Part shown: positions 1-8,024 of the stretch, in pieces | Layout: each line of letters opens with the position of its first letter | Position numbering within the stretch: position 1 is the stretch's first letter | Virus record (IMG/VR): IMGVR_UViG_3300011264_000008 | Span: 1-29,370 of that record | Reading direction: 5' to 3' (one strand) | DNA length: 29,370 nucleotides | From: a virus | Taxonomy: Duplodnaviria > Caudoviricetes | Program-made: the position numbers and the translations under genes | Notes under the pieces: generated by a model | Databases searched by the model: none | What the model saw: the letters and a program-made list of their open reading frames with translations, nothing else | Told to the model about the DNA's origin: nothing

Positions 1-141
1 CGCATGCAGGCGGTGCTCATCATCCGGCGGGCGGCGTATCGGATGTTTCCGCCCCTGACGGCGGCGCTGCTGGACATGCGGCTGCGCGAGTATGGCGCGT
101 CGCTGGTTGCGGAGATGGCGCGACTAGAGAGGGGCCAGTGA
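1..141 (+). CDS. 3' end of hypothetical protein (truncated by window start)
   Basis: Open frame from base 1 (RMQAVLIIRR...ARLERGQ*) ending TGA at 139-141, overlapping the next start (GTGATG). Confidence 0.55.
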   Translation, partial: RMQAVLIIRRAAYRMFPPLTAALLDMRLREYGASLVAEMARLERGQ

Positions 142-365
142 TGCGCTTCACGTATTTCTGTCCTGGCTGTAACTACCGCTTCACGGCATCTCGCCTCCGG
201 CGCTGCCTGGATTGTGACCGGCGCTACTGTACAACCTGCATCAAGAGCCACTGCGCGCAGATGAAGCATAGCCAGGAGCCAACGGCGCATCAAGCGAAAC
301 AAGTGCGTGATGAGCAGGCGAAGTTGGCGGCGTGGCAAGCGAACGCTGGGAAGGAGTGTGAGTGA
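138..365 (+). CDS. small Cys-rich zinc-finger protein
   Basis: CPGC, CLDC, CTTC and HC motifs; GAGAGGGG RBS; coupled to both neighbours. Confidence 0.65.
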   Translation: MMRFTYFCPGCNYRFTASRLRRCLDCDRRYCTTCIKSHCAQMKHSQEPTAHQAKQVRDEQAKLAAWQANAGKECE

Positions 366-682
366 TGCGCAAGCGAGTGAGCGCGCCAACGCCAACACCA
401 GCGACCGTCACGGCGGATGCGCCCGTGCCACCCGGCTACCGCGTGCTGGCCATCGGCGGCGGCTGGTTGCCGGTGCGGGAGAAGCGGCCTGGCGTGTATG
501 TCGAGTTGGCGGATGAGACGGGCCAGCGCGGGCCATATCCGACGCAGGCGCAGGCGCTGGCGGTCATCAAGGCCAACCCTGGCTGGCGCAAGCGGCAAGC
601 GGAGATGAAGCGCGCCAAGGCGGCGCAGGCGCAAGCGGTGGAAGCGGCGGCGCAGGTGAGCAAGGGAGGGGAGCGGCGATGA
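362..682 (+). CDS. hypothetical phage protein
   Basis: AAGGAG RBS; GTGA/ATGA overlaps with flanking genes. Confidence 0.65.
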   Translation: MMRKRVSAPTPTPATVTADAPVPPGYRVLAIGGGWLPVREKRPGVYVELADETGQRGPYPTQAQALAVIKANPGWRKRQAEMKRAKAAQAQAVEAAAQVSKGGERR

Positions 683-1182
683 GTGGCACGACGGGCGGGC
701 GCTATGCGGCGCAGACGAGCGTGAGCGCGGACAAGAGTCGCGCGGAAATCGAGCGGACGCTAGCGCGCTATGGCGCGGACGCCTTCGCCTACATGACACG
801 CGGCAATCAGGCGATCATCCTATTTGAGATGGGCGGGCGGCGCATCCGCTTCCTGTTGCCACTGCCAGAGGAGAGCGCATATCGCCTCACACCGACACAT
901 CGCACGCGCACGCCTACCCAGCGGCGTGAGGCGTGGGAGCAGGCGGTCAGGCAGCGATGGCGGGCGCTGGCGCTCATCATCAAGGCCAAGCTGGAGGCGA
1001 TTGAAGCGGGCGTCTCAACGCTGGAATCAGAGTTCCTTGCGCAGACGATGCTACCGAGTGGCGCGACGGTAGGCGAGTGGCTAGAGCCACAACTGGACGC
1101 GGTATACGACAGCGGGCGCATGCCGCCGTTGTTGTTAGGCGCGCCATTGGATAGGGAGGGAAGCGGCGATGAAGGTGATTAG
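679..1182 (+). CDS. conserved hypothetical phage protein
   Basis: YAAQTSVSADKSRAEIERTL...WRALALIIKAKLEAIEAGVST resembles a widespread uncharacterised phage family (recognised from memory); GGAGGGGAG RBS. Confidence 0.75.
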   Translation: MSGTTGGRYAAQTSVSADKSRAEIERTLARYGADAFAYMTRGNQAIILFEMGGRRIRFLLPLPEESAYRLTPTHRTRTPTQRREAWEQAVRQRWRALALIIKAKLEAIEAGVSTLESEFLAQTMLPSGATVGEWLEPQLDAVYDSGRMPPLLLGAPLDREGSGDEGD

Positions 1183-1717
1183 CCTCTGGCAGCCGTGGGC
1201 AACGTTGATGGCGGCGGGATACAAACGTATCGAGACACGCTCATGGTATCCGAGCAGCCTGCGACATGGACAACTCGTCGCCATCCATGCCGCAAAACAC
1301 TGGACAGAGGACGAGCGCCAGGTGATTGAAGAGGAGCCTAGCTTCCAACGCTATCTTCAACTATCCGAGCGCCGTGGCCTGTGGAGCTTCGACCAGCCGC
1401 CGCTCGGCTGCGTGGTCGCTATCGCGCGCTTCGGTTACGCCGTGGAGACAAAGTACACCACGTACCGCAGCTTCAAGGGCAAGATCGCGCCAGAGCGCGA
1501 GGCGACAATCAAACTATGGACTACCGACACAGAACGCGCCTTCGGCAACTACGCCTGGGGTCGCTGGGCTTGGGTGTTCTCCGAGGTACGGCCACTTCAG
1601 CCGATTTCTCTACGTGGCCAGCAAGGCATCTTCAACTGGACGCCGCCCGTTGATCTGGTCTATCTAGGGCCGCGCAACACCGCGAAGGAATCGAGCGTGA
1701 GCCATGCGCGCCGATGA
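1169..1717 (+). CDS. ASCH domain protein
   Basis: Signature ISLWQPWA...GYKRIETRSW, IHAAK and C-terminal P.SLRGQQGIFNW. Confidence 0.88.
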   Translation: MKVISLWQPWATLMAAGYKRIETRSWYPSSLRHGQLVAIHAAKHWTEDERQVIEEEPSFQRYLQLSERRGLWSFDQPPLGCVVAIARFGYAVETKYTTYRSFKGKIAPEREATIKLWTTDTERAFGNYAWGRWAWVFSEVRPLQPISLRGQQGIFNWTPPVDLVYLGPRNTAKESSVSHARR

Positions 1718-2009
1718 AGTCCACGGCTGGCTCCTGGCGGCGGGCTGGGCGCCTGACCGCGTGCGAGGTAGCCACCACATGTACCGGCACGCGCGCTACG
1801 CCCGCCGCCTGTGCGTGGTGGTACATGGCCGCGACGTGCCGCCGTACCGGCTGAGGCGCGTGGTGAGCGACCTGACGCACATGGGCGCGTGGGCGCAAGC
1901 TGAGGCGTTCGCGGCGTGGGCAGGCGTGCGCGGGGCGCATGGGCGGCGCGGTAGTCAGCCGATGGGGCAATCGAGTGACGGGCAACAGGAAGGGCAGGTG
2001 ACGGCGTGA
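1704..2009 (+). CDS. HicA-like (dsRBD-fold) protein
   Basis: EVHGWLLAAGW...RVRGSHHMYRH...VVVHGRDVP matches the HicA pattern (GW...GSH...H). Confidence 0.7.
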   Translation: MRADEVHGWLLAAGWAPDRVRGSHHMYRHARYARRLCVVVHGRDVPPYRLRRVVSDLTHMGAWAQAEAFAAWAGVRGAHGRRGSQPMGQSSDGQQEGQVTA

Positions 2010-2164
2010 TGGTCGTAACAGTGATCCCGGCGCTGCTGGACGCGCTGGCGCTGCAAACGCTGCTGGCGCTGGCGGTCGGGCTGGTCGGCTTCTGGGCGTT
2101 CGTGCTGGCGACGGCGGTCGTGGTGGCGCGCATCTGGGCGCCAACTGATGAGCGTGAGGCGTAG
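2009..2164 (+). CDS. small membrane protein (51 aa)
   Basis: Read manually: MVVTVIPALLDALALQTLLALAVGLVGFWAFVLATAVVVARIWAPTDEREA*; TGATG coupling; fills the gap between genes. Confidence 0.65.
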   Translation: MVVTVIPALLDALALQTLLALAVGLVGFWAFVLATAVVVARIWAPTDEREA

Positions 2165-2166
2165 CG

Positions 2167-2643
2167 ATGTACATCAAACTCCCCTGCTCTAACTGTGGCG
2201 AGATGACCGAGTTCGCCTGTAGCAGTTGCCGCCAACCAATGTGTGTGTATTGCACACGCGCATGGCCAGCGGCAAACGGCAAGCCTGGCGCGACACGTGG
2301 CTATCGCTGCTTGGCTTGCGAGAAAGGTCTGCGCCAGCCGGTCAAGGCGAAGCGCTTTACGCCAACGGTGACACGTCACTATTTCTGCGGCTGTGGCGCT
2401 GAGATCGCGCACGTGACCACGAAGCGGTGGACGCTGGCTGATGAGGAGCGCGTGAAATGGTCACATCAGAAACACCAGCGTCAAGCAAAATGTCTAGTTG
2501 CGACATATGGTTGCGAGTTCAGTTACTCCTACGATGATGACGACCCACGCGCCAAGCCAAACCTGCGCAGACAAGCCACCACGGCCAAAGCGCATCGCAT
2601 GTTCCATCGGTTGCTAGACGATGGATGGTTCTTGGGTGAGTAG
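2167..2643 (+). CDS. multi-zinc-finger protein
   Basis: CSNC, CSSC, CVYC, CLAC and CGC motifs. Confidence 0.65.
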   Translation: MYIKLPCSNCGEMTEFACSSCRQPMCVYCTRAWPAANGKPGATRGYRCLACEKGLRQPVKAKRFTPTVTRHYFCGCGAEIAHVTTKRWTLADEERVKWSHQKHQRQAKCLVATYGCEFSYSYDDDDPRAKPNLRRQATTAKAHRMFHRLLDDGWFLGE

Positions 2644-2941
2644 GAACGGAGATAGCGTAGGCGTGGGCAAGCGTGTGGAGTGGTATGACGCGGCAGGCGA
2701 GCGTTGGTGTTCGGGTTGCCGCACCTACATGGCCGTTGAGTTATTCCAGACGGCGGGGCCATCGGCGCATACGCCGGACAAGCTAGCGGCGCATTGCAAG
2801 GTGTGTCGCAGGCGCATCCGGCGGGCGCAGTATCAGCGCCACCGGGCCAGGGAGATCGCCAACGCGCAGGCATGGCGAGCGGCCAACCCGGTACGGTACC
2901 GCGCGACACAGCGGGAGGCGTCGCGGGTTGGCGGGCGATGA
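2621..2941 (+). CDS. zinc-finger, Arg-rich protein resembling the N-terminal part of phage HNH endonucleases
   Basis: RWCSGC...F...LAAHCKVC followed by a basic helix; no nuclease domain. Start may be GTG 2636. Confidence 0.6.
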   Translation: MDGSWVSRNGDSVGVGKRVEWYDAAGERWCSGCRTYMAVELFQTAGPSAHTPDKLAAHCKVCRRRIRRAQYQRHRAREIANAQAWRAANPVRYRATQREASRVGGR

Positions 2942-2995
2942 AGCGGACGCGGCGTGAGTTGGCGCTAATGGCGGCACGGGAAAGGGAAGCATAAC

Positions 2996-3664
2996 GTGAG
3001 CAAGATGAGCGACAAGGCGAACGAGCGGACACGTGACGAGCGCGGCGGACCATTCAGCGAGGAGCAGGTGGCGGAACTCTACGACATGATGCGCGGTTGG
3101 CAATACGACGCCGCAATTGCGCTGCTGACCGAGGACAACAAACGCCTGCGCGCGGAACTGGCGGTGACACAGACTGAGCGTGACGAGGCGCAGGAGTTGT
3201 ACAACCTCACTGGAAATGAGGCTGCTAGCCTGCGCGCGGAACTGGCGGCGGCGCTCGCAGACCGTGATGACTTCGCCGAGGCGCTGGAGGTGCAGACGGC
3301 GGCCACCCGACGCGAAAAGGCCCACGCTGAGGCGGCGATGCCGATTGTGCGGGCGGTGGCGGCGTGCGACAACAGTGATGATGTCGGCTGCTTTCAACTC
3401 TGCCCGATACGTGACCTGCCCTATCGCGGGGCGGATGGGAAGTTCTATGAGCATACCGGCCCGTGCGTGTTCGAGCAAGCCCGCGCGGTGCTGGCCTCCA
3501 CGGCGCCAGCGGCGCAGACGGCGGATAGCCAGCCGCCATCTGAACCGGTCGCTGAACCGATGGCGGGGCAGTTCCAGCGAATGATGGAACGCATGGGTGC
3601 GCGCTTTGTGGATGCGAGCGACCCAGCGGCGGACGGCGCGGCGGATGGCGACGGGAGGGAGTAG
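2996..3664 (+). CDS. coiled-coil hypothetical protein
   Basis: Repeated LRAELA...ERD heptads; ends in junction repeat A. Confidence 0.65.
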   Translation: MSKMSDKANERTRDERGGPFSEEQVAELYDMMRGWQYDAAIALLTEDNKRLRAELAVTQTERDEAQELYNLTGNEAASLRAELAAALADRDDFAEALEVQTAATRREKAHAEAAMPIVRAVAACDNSDDVGCFQLCPIRDLPYRGADGKFYEHTGPCVFEQARAVLASTAPAAQTADSQPPSEPVAEPMAGQFQRMMERMGARFVDASDPAADGAADGDGRE

Positions 3665-3674
3665 GCGGCGATGA
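3636..3674 (+). repeat. junction repeat A, copy 1 (copy 2 at 4195-4233; partial copy at 4050-4074)
   Basis: GCGCGGCGGATGGCGACGGGA(G/A)GGAGTAGGCGGCGATGA, 39 nt with one mismatch; spans gene end, RBS and the next ATG. Confidence 0.9.
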
Positions 3675-3847
3675 AGTGGACACTCCAGGCGTGGGTGAGC
3701 CTGGCGCTATTCAAAGCCGCGCATGTGTTGCTCCAGTGGGCGGCGGCGTTCGCGCCAGAGGCGCAAGGCGAACTGCGCCTGTCTCTGCGGGGTAGTGACG
3801 TGAAGGTGCGATGGAGCAGGCCGGACGCCCGCCAGGGCGAGGAGTGA
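3671..3847 (+). CDS. small hypothetical protein (58 aa)
   Basis: Read manually: MKWTLQAWVSLALFK...PDARQGEE*; GGAG RBS. Confidence 0.65.
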   Translation: MKWTLQAWVSLALFKAAHVLLQWAAAFAPEAQGELRLSLRGSDVKVRWSRPDARQGEE

Positions 3848-3853
3848 AGTGAG
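3826..3853 (+). repeat. junction repeat B, copy 1 (copy 2 at 4445-4472; partial copy at 4946-4959)
   Basis: CGCCC(G/A)CCAGGGCGAGGAGTGA(A/G)GTGAG, 28 nt with two mismatches; encodes ...QGEE* plus RBS. Confidence 0.85.
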
Positions 3854-4223
3854 CGTGACGTTGACACGAACTGAGGGCGATGAGGGGCATGGGCGCTACA
3901 TCGAACTCTACGACGACCACGAGGCGACGACCTATGACATCGGCGCAGGTATGATCGGTATCACCATCTCTTCAATCGTCGGAACGCAAGAGGCAATCCT
4001 AGACGCCGCCGAAATGGAGCAGGTGATCGCCGCTTGGCGCGAGTTGAATCCAGCGGCGGATGGCGGCGGGAAGGGTCAACCCTGCCCGCAGTGCGCGGGG
4101 TCAGGCGCTATCATCGTCACCTCATTTGCGCTCTTTGGGGATGGCAACGTGACGGCAGAGCAGCATCCCTGCCTAGCGTGTGGCGGGACAGGGCGCGCGG
4201 CGGATGGCGACGGGAAGGAGTAG
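3849..4223 (+). CDS. hypothetical protein with DnaJ-type zinc finger
   Basis: CPQCAGSG and CLACGGTG (CxxCxGxG) motifs at the C-terminus. Confidence 0.7.
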   Translation: MSVTLTRTEGDEGHGRYIELYDDHEATTYDIGAGMIGITISSIVGTQEAILDAAEMEQVIAAWRELNPAADGGGKGQPCPQCAGSGAIIVTSFALFGDGNVTAEQHPCLACGGTGRAADGDGKE

Positions 4224-4233
4224 GCGGCGATGA
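4195..4233 (+). repeat. junction repeat A, copy 2
   Basis: 38/39 identity to 3636-3674. Confidence 0.9.
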
Positions 4234-4466
4234 CAAGACGCTATACAGCACAGAAACTGGCATTTGTAGACATGCTGGTGATTACCCGCCATGATGAGCC
4301 GGTCTCTGTGCGGGTGGCGGTGATACAGCCGAGTGGGCGAGAGAGCAGCGTGTTTCTAGCGGCTGAACAAATGGATAGGCTCTGTGAGATGTGGAGCATC
4401 GAGCGCATGCGCCAGACGATAGAGGCAGACGCCAACAAACCAGCCGCCCACCAGGGCGAGGAGTGA
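4230..4466 (+). CDS. hypothetical protein
   Basis: AAGGAG RBS within repeat A; ends in repeat B. Confidence 0.65.
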   Translation: MTRRYTAQKLAFVDMLVITRHDEPVSVRVAVIQPSGRESSVFLAAEQMDRLCEMWSIERMRQTIEADANKPAAHQGEE

Positions 4467-4472
4467 GGTGAG
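4445..4472 (+). repeat. junction repeat B, copy 2
   Basis: 26/28 identity to 3826-3853. Confidence 0.85.
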
Positions 4473-4478
4473 GGAGCG

Positions 4479-4958
4479 ATGAACAACGCAGGCCGAGAAC
4501 TTGATTTAGAGATTGCCGAACGCGTCATGGGGTGGCGCTGGCTTACAGGCAATCACGGAGATGTCAGCAGTTGGCGGGGCGAGCAGCGATGGTTGCTCCC
4601 GCCAGATATGGCCATTCAAGACGTGCCAGCGGGTGAATGGGACTATTACGCCGCTGAGGAGGATGGGCGGTACACACTCGTTGACGTGCCGCGCTACAGC
4701 GCCGACATGGGCGCCGCATGGCGGGTTGTCGAGCACATCCTGTCAGATGATGGCCCGTATGCTGACTACAAAATGTCGTTTGGCATGGAATACAGCAGCG
4801 TCATTGATTGGGTCGTTGAGTTTGCGCCAAGGCGCAACCACCCGTTGGCGCGCGAATACGGCGGCCCACTCCAAACCTCAGATACCACCGCGCCGCGCGC
4901 CATTTGCGCAGCGGCGTTGCGATGGATCGAAAGCCTACCGCAACCAGGAGTGAGGTGA
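4479..4958 (+). CDS. phage ABA-sandwich-domain-like protein
   Basis: RELDLEIAERVMGW...PRYSADMGAAWRVVE...TAPRAICAAAL pattern. Confidence 0.75.
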   Translation: MNNAGRELDLEIAERVMGWRWLTGNHGDVSSWRGEQRWLLPPDMAIQDVPAGEWDYYAAEEDGRYTLVDVPRYSADMGAAWRVVEHILSDDGPYADYKMSFGMEYSSVIDWVVEFAPRRNHPLAREYGGPLQTSDTTAPRAICAAALRWIESLPQPGVR

Positions 4959-4965
4959 GCGCGCG

Positions 4966-5193
4966 ATGAGGTGTCAACACGCCAATGCTGTCATCAGCGA
5001 ACACTACGCCATTGATAAACAGTTCATGTTCGTGAATGGTGTATTGGTAGACACGGTTAGCACTGATTGCGAGCTGACAGGGTGCATCACCGTTACCTGT
5101 CAGGCATGTAATCTCTCTAGGCGCTACCAGTCACATCGAGCGCCCAAATGGACGCAACCACTACTGCGCCAGGTAGACGCTAACAAAGAGTGA
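4966..5193 (+). CDS. small Cys-containing hypothetical protein
   Basis: CQH and CQAC motifs; GAGGTG RBS. Confidence 0.6.
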   Translation: MRCQHANAVISEHYAIDKQFMFVNGVLVDTVSTDCELTGCITVTCQACNLSRRYQSHRAPKWTQPLLRQVDANKE

Positions 5194-5258
5194 TTTTCCA
5201 GCGTAAGCCGCTCGCAAGCTGCGAACGCTGAATGTAACCAGGCTCATGCGCCACTCGT

Positions 5259-5291
5259 TTGTACAATAAAGGGACGGTTACTGTATAACCG
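5259..5291 (+). promoter_or_regulatory. AT-richer palindromes / candidate promoter or recombinase-binding site
   Basis: TTGTACAA (5259-5266), TACAAT (5262-5267) and CGGTTA-CTGTA-TAACCG (5275-5291) directly upstream of the recombinase. Confidence 0.4.
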
Positions 5292-5323
5292 GGTCACTGT
5301 TCAGGAATTGAGGGGGTCGGAAG

Positions 5324-6169
5324 ATGCCACGAAGGCGCTTAAATCCCGCACTTAGACAAGCGGTCGGCGTGGCATCGCATGACCCATCTCACTTTGTGGT
5401 CGCGGGGTACCTCCGGGTGTCCACTGAGGAGCAAGCCAAATCGGGGCTAGGGCTAGCCGATCAACGCCACCGTATCGAAGGGTTGGCGGCGGCGAAGGGC
5501 TGGCCCGCGCCGGTCTGGTATAGTGACGAGGGCATAAGCGGAGCAAAGGAAGCGGCAAATCGCCCCAACGTCGCACGCCTCATGGCAGATGTTCGGGCTG
5601 GACTCATTCAGGCTGTGATTGTGCTTGACCTGTCACGCCTATCGCGTGTGACGCGGCTCACGCTGGAACTGGTGGATGAGATGCGGCGCGCGGGAGTCGC
5701 TTTCGTGTCCATCAAGGAGAGCTTCGATACCGACACGCCATCAGGCTACCTCATGATGACGATGATGGCGGCGTTGGCGGAATACGAGCGTGAGTTGATC
5801 CGCATGCGGACACGGGCCGCGTTGGGGGAACTCAGCCGCCGTGATGGCGACGCGGGCGGGCGCCTACCGTTTGGCTACGTGCGGGATGTAACCATGCCGA
5901 ATAAGGTGCGAGTGGAGCGAGCGGCGGCGCAGCGGGTGCGGCGTATCTTCGCGTGGCGAGACGAAGGGCTAACCCTACGCGCCATTGCAGCGCAGCTCAA
6001 CAAAATGACCCAAAGCCCGCGTGGCGCACGTTGGCATGCGTCCAGCGTGGCGGCGGTGTTAGCCAATGAAGCGGCCTATCGCGGCGGCTTGCGTGGGGCC
6101 AGCCAGATACACTGGCCAGTGATCTTGCATGAGGATAGCGCAGCGGCTGGCGGCGCTGCTGGGCATTGA
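5324..6169 (+). CDS. serine recombinase (resolvase catalytic domain plus partial recombinase domain)
   Basis: YLRVST catalytic Ser motif, DEGISG, RP, DLSRLSR, AEYERELIRMRT, GGRLPFGY, VRRIF...LRAIAAQLN. Confidence 0.93.
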   Translation: MPRRRLNPALRQAVGVASHDPSHFVVAGYLRVSTEEQAKSGLGLADQRHRIEGLAAAKGWPAPVWYSDEGISGAKEAANRPNVARLMADVRAGLIQAVIVLDLSRLSRVTRLTLELVDEMRRAGVAFVSIKESFDTDTPSGYLMMTMMAALAEYERELIRMRTRAALGELSRRDGDAGGRLPFGYVRDVTMPNKVRVERAAAQRVRRIFAWRDEGLTLRAIAAQLNKMTQSPRGARWHASSVAAVLANEAAYRGGLRGASQIHWPVILHEDSAAAGGAAGH

Positions 6170-6239
6170 GTGATGAGGCGCAACGGGTTAGGCGCAGTAC
6201 GCGCCACGGTTGCGGCTTGTGAAGGAAGGTGAGGGAGAG

Positions 6240-6848
6240 GTGAAAGAGAGTGACATCTTCGCGGCGTTGGCGTCACGCCATCCCGCGCCAGAATGGGCCT
6301 ATCTACCGCAGGTACGGACGCGCACCGGGTATTCACGCACCTTTGGCAGCGACCTCGATAGCGAGCGATATCTGGACGCCTTCGCCATGAACTGCTACCG
6401 CGGCAAGGGCTACCGGCGCGTGGGCTATGAAATCAAGGTGAGTCGGTCAGACTGGTTGCGTGAACTGGAAGACCCGCGCAAGCGGGCGCAAGGGTATTTC
6501 CTGTGCCATGAGTTCTGGTTTGCACTCGCGCCGGGTGTGTACAAGCCTGATGATGAGTGGTCGCTCCAGACGCCACGGCGGCTGCGTCTTGAGAATCCGT
6601 TGGACGGTTGCGGGGTTATCGAAGTGGCTGAGGATGGCGCGCTCAAGATCGTGCGCAAGGCCGTGAGCCATGACGCCTGGCCCATGCCAGATACCTTTGT
6701 CGCCAGCCTCATGCGCTCTTACGTGACCTATTTGGCGCGGCGTGAGCAGATGGGCGGCCTTGCCGAATTACTGCCGAGTGCTGAAGCGTCAGACATCAGG
6801 GAGACACCCGCGCCGCTCGACTCACTGTGGGTAGCGAGCGGCGAATAA
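6240..6848 (+). CDS. MmcB-like PD-(D/E)xK nuclease-fold protein
   Basis: R.LDAFAM...GYEIKVSRSDWLREL...CHEFWF...GVIEV; start placed at GTG 6240 after GAGGGAG. Confidence 0.75.
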   Translation: MKESDIFAALASRHPAPEWAYLPQVRTRTGYSRTFGSDLDSERYLDAFAMNCYRGKGYRRVGYEIKVSRSDWLRELEDPRKRAQGYFLCHEFWFALAPGVYKPDDEWSLQTPRRLRLENPLDGCGVIEVAEDGALKIVRKAVSHDAWPMPDTFVASLMRSYVTYLARREQMGGLAELLPSAEASDIRETPAPLDSLWVASGE

Positions 6849-6921
6849 GCGATAGAATGCCGTGGCACGTAAGGCGACTTTCACGCCGTTAGGGCGTGGA
6901 GTAGGAAGGTGAGAAGCGAGC

Positions 6922-7116
6922 ATGACGAGGAATCGAAGACGTGTGGCCATGATATACGGTGGGTTTGCGCTCACCGCGCTTTTGCTGCTTCTAGACTTCT
7001 GGCCGCAGTGGGTGCATATCCCGTGGTGGCAAACGTTGCTTCTGCTCAGCTTTTCAGGTGGCCTGACGGCCAACTCCAAAGACCTGACACGGGCGTTACT
7101 GGGCAAGCCAGAGTAG
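6922..7116 (+). CDS. small membrane protein
   Basis: Basic N-terminus then two hydrophobic segments; preferred over the 5' extension of ORF 6909. Confidence 0.6.
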   Translation: MTRNRRRVAMIYGGFALTALLLLLDFWPQWVHIPWWQTLLLLSFSGGLTANSKDLTRALLGKPE

Positions 7117-7130
7117 AGAGGCGGGCAAGC

Positions 7131-7595
7131 ATGACAGATGAAGAGCTAGCGGCCATCAAAGCCCGTGCGGAGGCGGCGACGCCGGGGCCGTGGGAATGCC
7201 GCAATGCCGCTGGTACGCGGCATGATGGGATCGTTACCCGCATCCATCGCGTGCGCCAGCGGCACACGTCCGGGCCTACTGGCCCAAGCGCGTTGCTGGT
7301 AGAGTCGGATAACCATGCGTTGGGTTGCGATCAAGAGGACGCCAATACTGAGTTTATCGCCCACGCCCGTGAGGACATCCCGGCGCTCTTGGCTGAACTG
7401 CTGGCGTGGCGCGAGATTGGGCGGGCGGTGGCGGATGCCATGCCGCAGTCACGCTACACGGCGTGGTTCACGCCGCCACGCATCAAAGGCGTGACAATTG
7501 AAGGCTTGGCGCAGAACTTCATTGAACTCGATGCGGAATGGCGCGCCAAAGCCCGCGCGCTGCTGGGCATGGGCGAAGGTGAGAAGCAATCATGA
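7131..7595 (+). CDS. Ea22/ead-like phage protein
   Basis: LAAIKARAEAATPGPW...ANTEFIAHAREDIPALLAE signature; ATG 7131 after GAGAGG. Confidence 0.75.
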   Translation: MTDEELAAIKARAEAATPGPWECRNAAGTRHDGIVTRIHRVRQRHTSGPTGPSALLVESDNHALGCDQEDANTEFIAHAREDIPALLAELLAWREIGRAVADAMPQSRYTAWFTPPRIKGVTIEGLAQNFIELDAEWRAKARALLGMGEGEKQS

Positions 7596-7849
7596 CGGAT
7601 GAAGAGTACGCACGGCGATACGAGCATCTGCGCGTGACGTTCCAGCAGATAGGCCAGATAGGCGCGTATATCACGCGGGCCATGCCAGAGATCGCGCGGC
7701 TGATGCACCTGTTGGGGGCCGACATCTCAGCCTGGGCGCTCGCGCAGGGGCCAGCGCCCGAACTCTCCCCCGCGCTCCACTACTGTGCGCCCGCTATCCG
7801 CCGCCGGATGGCGAAGCGCCGCGCTCGACTCGTGACCCGCCACCCGTAG
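7592..7849 (+). CDS. hypothetical protein
   Basis: ATGA overlap with the upstream stop; begins MTDEE like the preceding gene. Confidence 0.6.
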   Translation: MTDEEYARRYEHLRVTFQQIGQIGAYITRAMPEIARLMHLLGADISAWALAQGPAPELSPALHYCAPAIRRRMAKRRARLVTRHP

Positions 7850-7900
7850 CCCGCTATACCCATCACCCCATAGCCAGCTATACCCCCACGTGGTATCGCG

Positions 7901-7909
7901 TGGTATACT
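7901..7909 (+). promoter_or_regulatory. extended -10 promoter (TGgTATACT)
   Basis: TGn-TATACT upstream of the XRE gene, overlapping tandem CGTGGTAT repeats (7889-7896, 7899-7906). Confidence 0.55.
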
Positions 7910-8024
7910 CATCTGTAGGCAGGCTGTCCGGCAATCCTCCTTCATCCACCGTTCCGTACCCAGCCAACCCGAAACGCTCCCCGGCGGCCTGCCTCCCTCT
8001 CTCACCCCGGCAAAGGACACCGCC

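Noticed and set aside
3636-4959. CRISPR array or integron attC sites
   Set aside because: The repeats are non-palindromic, overlap coding ends, and are separated by whole genes of 150-500 bp; no cas or intI gene is present.
6909-7130. 5' extension of ORF 6909-7595
   Set aside because: It overlaps a better membrane ORF (6922-7116), and the family motif and RBS support a start at 7131.
7890-8024. 5' extension of the XRE ORF
   Set aside because: The HTH and RBS begin at 8025; the upstream part contains a promoter and a structured leader.
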